Part shown: positions 1 through 8,794 of the stretch, piece after piece
Layout of the letters: each line of letters starts with the position of its first letter
Numbering within the stretch: the stretch's first letter is position 1
Position numbers and translations under genes: made by a program
NCBI GenBank assembly: GCA_039932405.1
Contig: JBDTQC010000001.1
Coordinates: 1 to 38,316, forward strand
Reading direction: 5' to 3'
DNA length: 38,316 bases
DNA from: Ideonella sp.
Lineage (GTDB): Bacteria > Pseudomonadota > Gammaproteobacteria > Burkholderiales > Burkholderiaceae_C
The notes under the pieces: model-generated
Databases searched by the model: none
The model's input: the letters and a program-made list of their open reading frames with translations, nothing else
Told to the model about the DNA's origin: nothing

Positions 1-575
1 AGCACCGTGACGATGATGTTGATCGAGCCCATGATCGAACTGGCGCCCATGATGTGCATCGCGAAGATGCCGGCGTCCATCGACGGACCCATCTGCAAGG
101 TCAGCGGCGCATACAGCGTCCAGCCGGCAGCTGGCGCACCGCCGGGCATGAAGAACGATCCGACCAGCATCAGCGCGGCCGGAATCAGCAGCCAGAAGCT
201 GAAGTTGTTCATGCGCGCGAAGGCCATGTCGGCCGCGCCGATCTGCAACGGGATCATCCAGTTCGCGAATCCGACAAAGCCCGGCATGATCGCGCCGAAC
301 ACCATGATCAGCCCGTGCATCGTGGTCAGCTGATTGAACAACTGAGGGTTGACGAATTGCAGGCCGGGCTGGAACAGCTCGAGGCGGATCAGCATCGCCA
401 GCATGCCGCCGACCAGCAACATCGCGAACGAGAACACCAGGTACATCGTGCCGATGTCCTTGTGGTTGGTCGCATACAACCAGCGCCGCCACCCGACTGG
501 TGCGCCATGGTCGTGATGATCGTGGTCGTGGTCGTGGGCGTGCCCGTGTTCGTGGGGGTCGAGTACTGCACTCAT
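1..575 (-). CDS. ctaD: Cytochrome c oxidase subunit I, N-terminal part (runs off the window start)
   Basis: My translation from ATG 575: MSAVLDPHEHGH...WLYATNHKDIGTMYL...TMHGLIMVF...DMAFARMNNFSFW...GWTLYAPL, which are hallmark COX1 motifs. Lies downstream of coxB. Absent from the ORF track because it is truncated. Confidence 0.97.
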   Translation of the reverse strand, partial: MSAVLDPHEHGHAHDHDHDHHDHGAPVGWRRWLYATNHKDIGTMYLVFSFAMLLVGGMLAMLIRLELFQPGLQFVNPQLFNQLTTMHGLIMVFGAIMPGFVGFANWMIPLQIGAADMAFARMNNFSFWLLIPAALMLVGSFFMPGGAPAAGWTLYAPLTLQMGPSMDAGIFAMHIMGASSIMGSINIIVTV

Positions 576-606
576 CGTTGATCCTTCGAGGCGTTTTCTT
601 TGATGC

Positions 607-1791
607 TTACTTGCGGGCGGTCAGCACTTCGGACGGCTGCACCACCTGCCCGGTCTTGTTCGACCAGTTGTTCTTCGTAAAGGTGATCACCGCGGCGATC
701 TCCGTATCGCTGAGCTGCTTCCACGACGGCATCGCCGTGCCGGCCTTGCCGTGCATGACGATGTCGATCTGCTTGCTCTTGTCGGCATCCTGAACGATCG
801 CAGAGCCGTCCAGCGGCTTGATCGCCGCGGAGCCTTTGCCATCGGGCATGTGGCAGGCGGCACAGTTGGCGTCGTAGACCTTGTGGCCCCGTTCTGCGAG
901 CGCAGCAAGTTCCCAGACCTTCGCCGGATCGTCGGCGGCCGCGGCCAGTTCCTTTTGCTTGCCAGAGACCCAGGTCGTGTAGGCAGCCTGCGACAACACC
1001 TTCACGTGGATCGGCATGTACGCGTGTTCCTTGCCACACAACTCGGCACATTGGCCATAGAAGTCACCCGTCTTCTCGGCGCGAAACCAGGTATCTCGAA
1101 CGAAACCGGGGATCGCATCCTGCTTGACACCGAAGGCTGGCACCATCCAGGCGTGGATCACGTCGTTGGCCGTGGTGATGATGCGGATCTTCTTGTCGAC
1201 CGGAACGACCAGCGGGTTGTCGACCTTGAACAGATAGTCGTCGCCGGAGGGCTTGCCCGAGTTGGACATTTCGCGCTGGGCGTTGTCGAGCGTCGAGACG
1301 AAACCGATGCCGGCACCTTCTCCATTCAGGTAGTCGTATCCCCACTTCCACTGGATACCGGTCGCCTTGATGGTGATGTCGGAGGCGCTGGTGTCCTTCA
1401 TCGCTACCACGACACGCGTGGCGGGCAGTGCCATCAGGATGACGATGATGAACGGCACGACGGTCCAGACGATCTCGACGGTGGTGCTTTCATGAAAATT
1501 CGCAGCCTTCGCACCCTTGGATTTGCGGTGGTTGATGATCGAATAGAGCATCACGCCAAAGACGCCGATGAAGATCACCACGCAGATGATCATGATGAAG
1601 TTGTGCAGCCACTGCTGCTCGGCCGCGATGCGCGTCACCGGCGGGTGCAGATCCAGCTGATTGACTGCCGGTCCGCCTGGCAGATCGTTAACTGCACGGG
1701 CGGCCGCTGCGGCCAGGCTCAAACTAAGTCCCAGACCGGCCTGTGGAGCCCACTTCACCAACCTTTGCAACAGCGCTTTCGTCGTCATCAT
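607..1791 (-). CDS. coxB: Cytochrome c oxidase subunit II with C-terminal cytochrome c domain
   Basis: CuA motifs DVIHAW and CAELCGKEHAYM, FHESTTVEIVWT, QWKWGYDY, and a C-terminal CAACH heme c motif. Start chosen at ATG 1791; TTG 1800 is an alternative. Confidence 0.96.
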   Translation of the reverse strand: MMTTKALLQRLVKWAPQAGLGLSLSLAAAAARAVNDLPGGPAVNQLDLHPPVTRIAAEQQWLHNFIMIICVVIFIGVFGVMLYSIINHRKSKGAKAANFHESTTVEIVWTVVPFIIVILMALPATRVVVAMKDTSASDITIKATGIQWKWGYDYLNGEGAGIGFVSTLDNAQREMSNSGKPSGDDYLFKVDNPLVVPVDKKIRIITTANDVIHAWMVPAFGVKQDAIPGFVRDTWFRAEKTGDFYGQCAELCGKEHAYMPIHVKVLSQAAYTTWVSGKQKELAAAADDPAKVWELAALAERGHKVYDANCAACHMPDGKGSAAIKPLDGSAIVQDADKSKQIDIVMHGKAGTAMPSWKQLSDTEIAAVITFTKNNWSNKTGQVVQPSEVLTARK

Positions 1792-1819
1792 CGTTTTCAA
1801 TTCAGTTTTCGAATGGGGC

Positions 1820-2374
1820 TCAGGCGGCATTGACCGGCTGGGAATAGGGGCGGCGCAACGCAACGCGCAGTTCATCGGCAAGCTTGCGGCGCAATTCGGG
1901 ACGGATGAAACGGCCAACGAAGATGCGACGCCCCTGCCCGGTCAATTCGACCAGCGACTGATCGCCCGAGCGCGGCTCGACCCGAACCCACGCAGCGTGG
2001 AACTCGACGCGATCAACCCGGCTCCCGCAGGAATGCTCGACAGTCAAGGTCTCATGCTGCAATTCGATGCATTCGCGGTCGGCAGCGTGGCGCGCATACA
2101 GCAGCATCGCCGCGCCCACGCAGATCAATTCGACCCAGGCAAACGACATCACCATGCGGGCGCCTTGCAACCAGAAAAAAATCGCAATCGTCATCGAAAT
2201 CAGGCAAAGCACACCAAACAGGCCCAGCATCTGACCGGGCGCCAACGAGCAATTTCGCTTCAGCAGCCATTCGATCTGCCAACCCCCTTCCGCGTCGCGC
2301 GTTTCCCGACCGAACTGCCAGTGCCTGCTGCTGGCTGGAACACTGAAATCGATAGGGGTGGTGGTTGCCGACAT
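1820..2374 (-). CDS. DUF2244-family membrane protein of cox operons
   Basis: WLLKRNCSLAP motif, two hydrophobic segments, and YARHAADRE. Position directly upstream of coxB is typical. Confidence 0.8.
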   Translation of the reverse strand: MSATTTPIDFSVPASSRHWQFGRETRDAEGGWQIEWLLKRNCSLAPGQMLGLFGVLCLISMTIAIFFWLQGARMVMSFAWVELICVGAAMLLYARHAADRECIELQHETLTVEHSCGSRVDRVEFHAAWVRVEPRSGDQSLVELTGQGRRIFVGRFIRPELRRKLADELRVALRRPYSQPVNAA

Positions 2375-2386
2375 GCTGCTACTGCT

Positions 2387-2502
2387 TGGAACGATATCAA
2401 TTTCCGCAAATCCGACTCGGCCAGATAAAAGGCCGCGGCTGACTTGCGCTTCACTTGCACTGCTCGCAGACGCTTGAGCGCTGCATACAACCGTCCATTT
2501 TA
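2387..2502 (-). promoter_or_regulatory. Putative promoter region of the DUF2244-coxB-ctaD operon
   Basis: TAAAAT -10-like hexamer on the minus strand (2502-2497). Imperfect FNR-like box TGGAA-CGAT-ATCAA (2387-2400). GCG-N9-CGC RegA-like element near 2435-2449. Motif matches only. Confidence 0.3.
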
Positions 2503-2518
2503 GCCCACCTCGGACGAC

Positions 2519-3433
2519 TCAACTACCGAGCTTGCGCGGTTCGCGGATGAGCTGGCGCATCTCGTCAAGGCTGAACGACGTATCTGCAGCCGCAGAGCGT
2601 CGTGGCACAGGCTTGAATGCATGGCCATAGGCCACCTCGAAGCTCAATTGCAGGCGACCGTCGGAGCCGCGCAGTTGCTCCAGCCCCTGCAGCAATTCGC
2701 GCCGCCATCGCGGCGTTCGCAGCCCGGGATGACGAGCCGGCGCAGCGTTGCCGCCGAGCCCTCGTAATTCGGCCAGCAGATCGTTCGGGTTGGCCCAGGT
2801 CAGCGTCAAGGTTTCCTGATCCATCACCGGATCGGCAAAACCGGCCTGCACCAGCATGTCGCCGTAATCGTGCATGTCGACGAAATCGACGCCGATCGGC
2901 CCCCAGCCCAGCGAGGCGTAAAGGGCCCTGAGCTGCTTCAAGGTATCCGGGCCGAGGCACGAGAACATCAGAAATCCATCGACTTGCAACGCCTCGAACC
3001 ACCGCGTCAACAACTGCGGTGGATCGCTCGAAGCATGCAGCACCATGTTCGCCCAGACCAATTGGCTGGCTTCGAGCGGCAACGGCTGACTCTCGTCGAC
3101 CACTTGAATCGCGCCCCCGCTCCAGCGGCGCGCCGACCACCATGGCCGTTGCCGCCGATGGCGGGATTCATGCGCCCATTGCGCATCGGGTTCGACGACG
3201 ATCCGCGCTGCGGTCGGATAAGTTTCGGCGAGCAACTGGTCACTGCCACCCAACGCTCCCCACCATTCGACGATCTGGCTCGGGCGCGCACGCATCAACA
3301 AAAGCCGCTGCGCCATGCGGCGTGCCACCTCGGCGTGCAGCCACGGGCCTGCACCCCGGTCCGCCTGCAGCCGGTGCAGCAGGCGGCGCAACTGGGAGTG
3401 CACGGCCTTCCGATCAATCACGCGTTCAGCCAT
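2519..3433 (-). CDS. BioC-like SAM-dependent methyltransferase fold protein with a degenerate motif I
   Basis: EVARRMAQRL, FSCLGPDTL, FVDMHDYGDMLVQAGFADPVMDQE, EVAYGHAFK. Divergent from comF, as is usual for this family. Confidence 0.8.
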   Translation of the reverse strand: MAERVIDRKAVHSQLRRLLHRLQADRGAGPWLHAEVARRMAQRLLLMRARPSQIVEWWGALGGSDQLLAETYPTAARIVVEPDAQWAHESRHRRQRPWWSARRWSGGAIQVVDESQPLPLEASQLVWANMVLHASSDPPQLLTRWFEALQVDGFLMFSCLGPDTLKQLRALYASLGWGPIGVDFVDMHDYGDMLVQAGFADPVMDQETLTLTWANPNDLLAELRGLGGNAAPARHPGLRTPRWRRELLQGLEQLRGSDGRLQLSFEVAYGHAFKPVPRRSAAADTSFSLDEMRQLIREPRKLGS

Positions 3434-3441
3434 CGTCAACA

Positions 3442-3449
3442 AGTATATT
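3442..3449. promoter_or_regulatory. Overlapping divergent -10-like elements for the bioC-like gene and comF
   Basis: AGTATATT reads TATATT on + (6 nt before comF ATG) and TATACT on - (8 nt before ATG 3433), within a 22-nt gap. Confidence 0.55.
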
Positions 3450-3455
3450 GACCGA

Positions 3456-4160
3456 ATGCGCGACGCCCTGCGACTGCCCGTCTTGCCCTCTCAATGCGGG
3501 ATCTGCCATGGCTGGGGCTGGTCGATGCTGTGCGACTGCTGCATCGATCGATTTGCACAGCGGCGGCCGCGTTGTCGGCGTTGCGCCTTGCCGGTGCCCG
3601 ACACGGTCGAGGTGTGTGGCCGTTGCCTGATCGCCCCACCCAGTTACGACCTGGCGATTGCCGCACTCGACTACGCAGCGCCCTGGGATGGCCTGATCGC
3701 ACGCTTCAAGTTCCATTCCGCACTCGATCTTTGCGCCGCCCTCGCCGAGCGCCTGCTGGAGGCGGCGCAGGCTGCGAAGCTGCCACCGCCGGGGTTGATC
3801 GTTCCGACGCCGCTCAGCCCGCGCCGCTTGCGCGAGCGCGGCTACAACCAGGCCTGGGAGCTGGCGCGGCGGCTGGCGCGCCGCCTGGGCTGCGCAGCCA
3901 GCCCGGATCTGCTGCTGCGAGTCGAAGACCGGCCGCCGCAGCTGTCGCTGCCACGCGAAGAACGGCTCGCGAACGTGCGCAATGCCTTCGCGGTGGATCC
4001 GCTGCGGCGTGGCGAATTGCAGGGCTGCGATGTGACCGTCGTCGACGACGTGATGACCACTGGCGCCACCGCCGAGGAAATCACCGGTGTATTGCGCCGC
4101 GCCGGCGTTGCCCGCGTGCAGATCTGGACCCTTGCACGCACACCTGCGCCGGGCGAATGA
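3456..4160 (+). CDS. comF: ComF family protein (double zinc ribbon plus phosphoribosyltransferase domain)
   Basis: CGIC/CDCC/CRRC/CGRC, RERGYNQA, NVRNAF, VVDDVMTTGAT. Confidence 0.92.
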   Translation: MRDALRLPVLPSQCGICHGWGWSMLCDCCIDRFAQRRPRCRRCALPVPDTVEVCGRCLIAPPSYDLAIAALDYAAPWDGLIARFKFHSALDLCAALAERLLEAAQAAKLPPPGLIVPTPLSPRRLRERGYNQAWELARRLARRLGCAASPDLLLRVEDRPPQLSLPREERLANVRNAFAVDPLRRGELQGCDVTVVDDVMTTGATAEEITGVLRRAGVARVQIWTLARTPAPGE

Positions 4161-4209
4161 CCGATCGATCGCTGCTGGCGGTGCCGGCTTGACGCCCGAC
4201 AATCGCTGC

Positions 4210-4677
4210 ATGTTCAACATCGTCTTGGTGCACCCCGAAATCCCGCCGAATACCGGCAACGTGATTCGGCTGGCCGCCAATACCGGATGTCACCTGCACC
4301 TGATCGAACCGCTGGGCTTCTCGATGGAAGACCGCCTGCTGCAACGCGCCGGACTCGACTACCACGAATACGCTCGCGTCGAGCGCCATGCCGATTGGGA
4401 TTCGTTTCGGCTGGCCAACCCTGCAGAGGAGCGCATGTTCGCCTTCACGACACGTGGCAGTCGACAACTGGCTGAAGTCACCTGGCAAGCCGGCGACTGG
4501 CTGGTCTTCGGCTCCGAAACCGCCGGCCTGCCGCCGCTGATCCGCGACACCTTCACCACCGACCGCCGGGTTCGCCTGCCGATGCGCGAAGGCCAACGCA
4601 GCCTCAATCTGAGCAACGCCGTGGCAGTGGCCGTATTTGATGCCTGGCGGAGTTGCGGCTACCAAGGCGCCGTCTGA
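4210..4677 (+). CDS. trmL: tRNA (cytidine/uridine(34)-2'-O)-methyltransferase
   Basis: PEIPPNTGNVIRL, RAGLDYHE, FGSETAGLP, RSLNLSNAVA (SPOUT motifs). Confidence 0.95.
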   Translation: MFNIVLVHPEIPPNTGNVIRLAANTGCHLHLIEPLGFSMEDRLLQRAGLDYHEYARVERHADWDSFRLANPAEERMFAFTTRGSRQLAEVTWQAGDWLVFGSETAGLPPLIRDTFTTDRRVRLPMREGQRSLNLSNAVAVAVFDAWRSCGYQGAV

Positions 4678-4761
4678 TGCAGCCGATGCCTTTCCCGAGC
4701 GCCTCACGAACCGTTTTAGATCTATGCGGACGCGGCCGGCGTCAACTGCTAAGCGGGTGAT

Positions 4762-5784
4762 TCACTCACTTCGAGAATCACGCGCCATCAAAGCCCCGAC
4801 TGCTGCACCGGCGCTCAGGCGACCCTCGATCACCGCGACGACCGCCTGGGTGATCGGCATGTCGACCCCGAGCGCAACGGCCCGATGCAGCACCATCGGC
4901 GCGCAGTGCACCCCTTCCGCGACATGCCCGAGCTCGCGCAGGATTTGCGACAGCGGCTGATCTTGTGCCAATCTCAGTCCGACTTGTCGATTGCGCGACA
5001 ACGAACCAGTTGCCGTGAGCACCAGATCGCCCAGTCCGGATAAACCCATGAAGGTTTCCGCGCGCGCGCCCAGCGCCACACCGAGCCGCGTCATCTCGGC
5101 GAGCCCGCGGGTGATCAGCGCCGCGCGGGCATTCAAGCCCAGGCCATGGCCGGTTGCATCGCCTGCAGCACGCGTGTGCATGCCGTCAGAGATGCCGGTA
5201 GCGATTGCCAGCACGTTCTTGACCGCCCCACCAACTTCAACACCGATCGGGTCGTCGGAGGTGTACACACGCAGACTGTCCCCATGAAAGGCCTGCACCG
5301 CACGCTCTCGCACCACCAGACTGTTGCTTGCAGCGACCAGCGCAGTGGGTTGGCCGCGCGCCACCTCGAGCGCAAAACTCGGCCCCGACAGCACGCCGGA
5401 TAGCCGATCAGGCACCAGTTTCGCTGCGATTTCGTGGGCCATGTCGCCGCTGTCTTGGGCGAATCCCTTGCAAAGCCAGACCAGCGGTGTGCCCGGATCA
5501 GACGCGTCGCGGATCAACCGCAACATTTCGCTCAATCCGGCCATCGGTGTTGCGACGACGAGCAGGCCATCGGCCGCGTGCGCCAACGAACCATCCAGGG
5601 CAGCGCTGATCTGCAGGCTGGCCGGCAAAGCCACCTCGTCCAGATAACGCGGGTTGCGCCGCCGGGATTGCATCGAGACGACCTGTTCGGCATCGCGCGC
5701 CCAAAGGCAGACGCGATGTCGCTCGCTGGCCTGCACCGCCAACGCGGTGCCCCAGGCTCCAGCACCCAGTATGGTGATGTTCAT
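4762..5784 (-). CDS. gpsA: NAD(P)H-dependent glycerol-3-phosphate dehydrogenase
   Basis: [46 protein letters not shown]. Follows secB. Confidence 0.96.
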   Translation of the reverse strand: MNITILGAGAWGTALAVQASERHRVCLWARDAEQVVSMQSRRRNPRYLDEVALPASLQISAALDGSLAHAADGLLVVATPMAGLSEMLRLIRDASDPGTPLVWLCKGFAQDSGDMAHEIAAKLVPDRLSGVLSGPSFALEVARGQPTALVAASNSLVVRERAVQAFHGDSLRVYTSDDPIGVEVGGAVKNVLAIATGISDGMHTRAAGDATGHGLGLNARAALITRGLAEMTRLGVALGARAETFMGLSGLGDLVLTATGSLSRNRQVGLRLAQDQPLSQILRELGHVAEGVHCAPMVLHRAVALGVDMPITQAVVAVIEGRLSAGAAVGALMARDSRSE

Positions 5785-5877
5785 GCCGATCGCAGCACGG
5801 CCCAAGACAGACCGATACCCTGCCCATTCGGCGCACCCTGCAACGCGGTTTGCCGCGCCGCACGGCGTGCGGCTTGA

Positions 5878-6381
5878 TCAGTTGACCGTTGCGCCTGCAC
5901 CATTGGAGGCCGCTGCGGCCTGCGCCTGCTGCGCTTCGAACATCGCCTGGAAATTCATCTCGGTCAGCACCACCGGCGGAAAGCCGGCGCGCGTGCAGAC
6001 ATCGGAGACGATGGCCCGCAGGTATGGATAGATGATGTTGGGGCAGGCAATCCCGATGATTCGTTGCAGGTCGGTATCGGGGATGTTGCGGATCTCGAAG
6101 ATGCCCGCCTGCTTGGCTTCCACCAAGAACAACACCTTGTCGTTGACCTTGGTGGTGACGGTAGCCGTCACCGTCACTTCGTACATCGCCTCGGCAACGG
6201 TCTCTGCGCCCAGACCGAGGTTGATATCGACCTGCGGCTGGCCCTGCTCGAGCAGGATCTGCGGCGAGTTCGGTTGCTCCAGCGACAAATCCTTCAGGTA
6301 CAGGCGCTGAATCTGGAACAGTGGGGCGTCGGGATTCTCGGTCGCTGCGGAATTCTCTGTCGTCTGAACGTCGTCGGCCAT
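5878..6381 (-). CDS. secB: Protein-export chaperone SecB
   Basis: [40 protein letters not shown]. Confidence 0.96.
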   Translation of the reverse strand: MADDVQTTENSAATENPDAPLFQIQRLYLKDLSLEQPNSPQILLEQGQPQVDINLGLGAETVAEAMYEVTVTATVTTKVNDKVLFLVEAKQAGIFEIRNIPDTDLQRIIGIACPNIIYPYLRAIVSDVCTRAGFPPVVLTEMNFQAMFEAQQAQAAAASNGAGATVN

Positions 6382-6410
6382 GAATGAAATGTCTCTGGGG
6401 TTGGAATTGG

Positions 6411-6442
6411 AAAAACGCCCGCCGCCGACCAGGCTACGGGCG
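6411..6442 (-). terminator. Intrinsic terminator-like hairpin between grxC and secB
   Basis: Minus strand reads CGCCCGTAGCC-TGGTC-GGCGGCGGGCG-TTTTT: an 11-position stem with one mismatch and one G-U pair, then 5 U. Confidence 0.5.
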
Positions 6443-6475
6443 AATGAGGGAAGATTATCGTCGGCAGCCGTCAGG

Positions 6476-6736
6476 TCAGGCAGCGCCGAGCAAAGGCTGC
6501 AGTTGACCGGCGCGATCCAGCGCAACCAGATCGTCGCAACCGCCGACATGGGTCTCGCCGATGAAGATCTGCGGCACCGTGCGTCGACCGGTCAGGTCCA
6601 TCATCACCGCACGCTGCGCCGGGTCGAGATCGATGCGGATCTCGTCGAGCTTTTCGACACCGCGCTGCGTCAACAACTGCTTGGCGTGGATGCAGTAGGG
6701 GCACACGGCGGTGGTGAATATCTTGACTGGTTGCAT
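6476..6736 (-). CDS. grxC: Glutaredoxin 3
   Basis: CPYC active site, [14 protein letters not shown]. Confidence 0.96.
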   Translation of the reverse strand: MQPVKIFTTAVCPYCIHAKQLLTQRGVEKLDEIRIDLDPAQRAVMMDLTGRRTVPQIFIGETHVGGCDDLVALDRAGQLQPLLGAA

Positions 6737-6755
6737 GGATCAACGTATTTCAATA

Positions 6756-7166
6756 TCAGGCCGCTTTTTCGACTGGCAGACTGGCCTCGCGCCAGGCAGT
6801 CAGGCCGCCACCGAGCGGATGCGCATTTTCATAGCCGAGCTTGTGCAGGATAGCGACGCCGCGCGAGGCACGCGAGCCGGTCTGGCACACCACCACCACA
6901 GGCAAGGACTTGTTCTTGGGCAGGTCGGTCGACTTTTCGAGCGCTGCAAGCGGAACATTGCGCGCCCCGGCAGGATGGCCGCTGGCGAACTCGGCCGAAT
7001 CTCTGATGTCCAGCAGCATGGCGCGCTCGCGATTGATCAGTCGCACGGCCTCGCTGGTGCTTATCTTGCCGCCACCAACACCCCGCGATAGAAGCGGCCA
7101 GAGCAGCAGACCGCCGGATACCAATGCGGTGGCGAAGAGGAACCAGTTGTCGATGAAAAATTTCAC
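6756..7166 (-). CDS. Rhodanese-like domain protein (YibN-like)
   Basis: N-terminal TM helix, LLDIR, GHPAGARNVP, CQTGSRA, LGGGLTAW. Conserved position before grxC-secB-gpsA. Confidence 0.9.
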   Translation of the reverse strand: MKFFIDNWFLFATALVSGGLLLWPLLSRGVGGGKISTSEAVRLINRERAMLLDIRDSAEFASGHPAGARNVPLAALEKSTDLPKNKSLPVVVVCQTGSRASRGVAILHKLGYENAHPLGGGLTAWREASLPVEKAA

Positions 7167-7210
7167 GAAGTGGGCCCGGACAGATGCCGAGTCGATTTAG
7201 GCAACCCGGG

Positions 7211-7220
7211 ATTATAGAAT
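7211..7220. promoter_or_regulatory. Overlapping divergent -10 elements for the rhodanese operon and gpmA
   Basis: ATTATAGAAT gives a perfect TATAAT on - (7216-7211) and TAGAAT on + (7215-7220). Confidence 0.6.
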
Positions 7221-7271
7221 TTGTCGATTCGGGCCACGTTGCGGCGGCCCGCTCATCACCTCATCACCGCC

Positions 7272-8015
7272 ATGCATCAACTCGTGCTGATCCGCCACGG
7301 CGAATCGACCTGGAATCTGGAAAACCGTTTCAGCGGCTGGACCGATGTCGCTCTGACTCCGACTGGCATCGAGCAGGCGCAGCAGGCGGGCCGGATCCTG
7401 AAAGCCGATGGTTTCGAATTCGACCTGGCCTACACCTCGGTGCTCCAGCGGGCGATCTGGACCCTGTGGCATGCCCTCGATCAGATGGACCGCACCTGGC
7501 TGCCGGTGATCAAGGACTGGCGCCTCAACGAGCGTCACTACGGCGCGCTGCAAGGTTTGAACAAGGCCGAGACCGCGAAGCAATATGGCGATGCGCAGGT
7601 ACTCACCTGGCGGCGCAGCTATGACACGCAGCCGCCCGCGCTCGATCCGGCAGACCCGAGATCGGAACGCACCGACCCGCGCTATGCCAGGCTGGATCCG
7701 CAACAGGTGCCGTTGACAGAATGTCTGAAAGATACCGTGGCCCGCGTTCTGCCGCTTTGGCACTCGAGCATCGCGCCAGCCATTCGCGACGGCCAGCGCG
7801 TGTTGATCGCCGCGCACGGCAACAGCATCCGTGCGCTGGTCAAATACCTGGACGGCGTGAGCGACGACGACATCGTCGGCGTCAACATCCCGAACGGCAT
7901 TCCACTGCTGTACGAGCTCGATGCCGACCTGAAACCCTTGAGCAGCCGCTACCTCGGCGATCCGGAGGCGGCCGTCAGGGCAGCCGCGGCCGTGGCCAAT
8001 CAGGCCAAGGGCTGA
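7272..8015 (+). CDS. gpmA: 2,3-bisphosphoglycerate-dependent phosphoglycerate mutase
   Basis: [35 protein letters not shown]. Confidence 0.97.
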   Translation: MHQLVLIRHGESTWNLENRFSGWTDVALTPTGIEQAQQAGRILKADGFEFDLAYTSVLQRAIWTLWHALDQMDRTWLPVIKDWRLNERHYGALQGLNKAETAKQYGDAQVLTWRRSYDTQPPALDPADPRSERTDPRYARLDPQQVPLTECLKDTVARVLPLWHSSIAPAIRDGQRVLIAAHGNSIRALVKYLDGVSDDDIVGVNIPNGIPLLYELDADLKPLSSRYLGDPEAAVRAAAAVANQAKG

Positions 8016-8794
8016 CCGGCTTCAGTTTCGTACTCGGTGGTTGTACCGCGCAGCGCGCCATCGATCTCGGCACTCAACAGCGCAGCCAGTCGCCGACGAT
8101 CGGCATGGCGCGCAGCACGAGCCGGCAACAGGCGAACCGCTACCTGCACACCGTCGCCACAGGCAATGCGCCAGAAACTGGCGATCAGCGTTGTGTCGCC
8201 GACATAACTGACCGTCTCGCTGACAGCCGCATCGCTGTCCGAGTAGGCCAACACGACCGACTGGATGGGTGACTCGCTGGAAACGGCGGCCTGCAGGAGA
8301 TTGGCGTGAAACGGCAGCAACGTCCGACCATCCGAGGTCGTGCCCTCCGGAAAGATTGCCACGGTCTCGCCAGCCGCCAGCGATTGCGCCATGGTGTGGA
8401 CAACCCGCAGCGCATCACGCTTGCGCTCGCGTTCGATGAACAACGTGCCGGCCGCGGCGACCAGCGTCCCGAGCACCGGCCAGCGCCGCACATCTGCCTT
8501 CGAGACAAAACGGGCCTCCGGACAGACCGAATGGATCGCCATGATGTCGAGCCAGGAAACGTGGTTGGCCACCAGCAGTTTGGCTCCGGGGCGCAGCGCG
8601 CCCGATTGCACCAATTGCACACCCATCAGCCGCAACACCTTGATCGACCACCACTGCACCCTGGCGGCCCGCTCGGGCGGCGCCATCCGTGGAAAGCTCA
8701 ACAGCGCGATGGAAACGCCATGCGCCAAGTGCAACGCGGTACGCGCCACGCGTGCGACCGCACGGGCGCGCCGCAGCGCTGGCCGCGCCGCCAT
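8000..8794 (-). CDS. Lysophospholipid acyltransferase (PlsC family)
   Basis: NHVSWLD (HX4D), [14 protein letters not shown]. Start overlaps the pyrC' stop. Confidence 0.9.
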   Translation of the reverse strand: MAARPALRRARAVARVARTALHLAHGVSIALLSFPRMAPPERAARVQWWSIKVLRLMGVQLVQSGALRPGAKLLVANHVSWLDIMAIHSVCPEARFVSKADVRRWPVLGTLVAAAGTLFIERERKRDALRVVHTMAQSLAAGETVAIFPEGTTSDGRTLLPFHANLLQAAVSSESPIQSVVLAYSDSDAAVSETVSYVGDTTLIASFWRIACGDGVQVAVRLLPARAARHADRRRLAALLSAEIDGALRGTTTEYETEAGQPLA

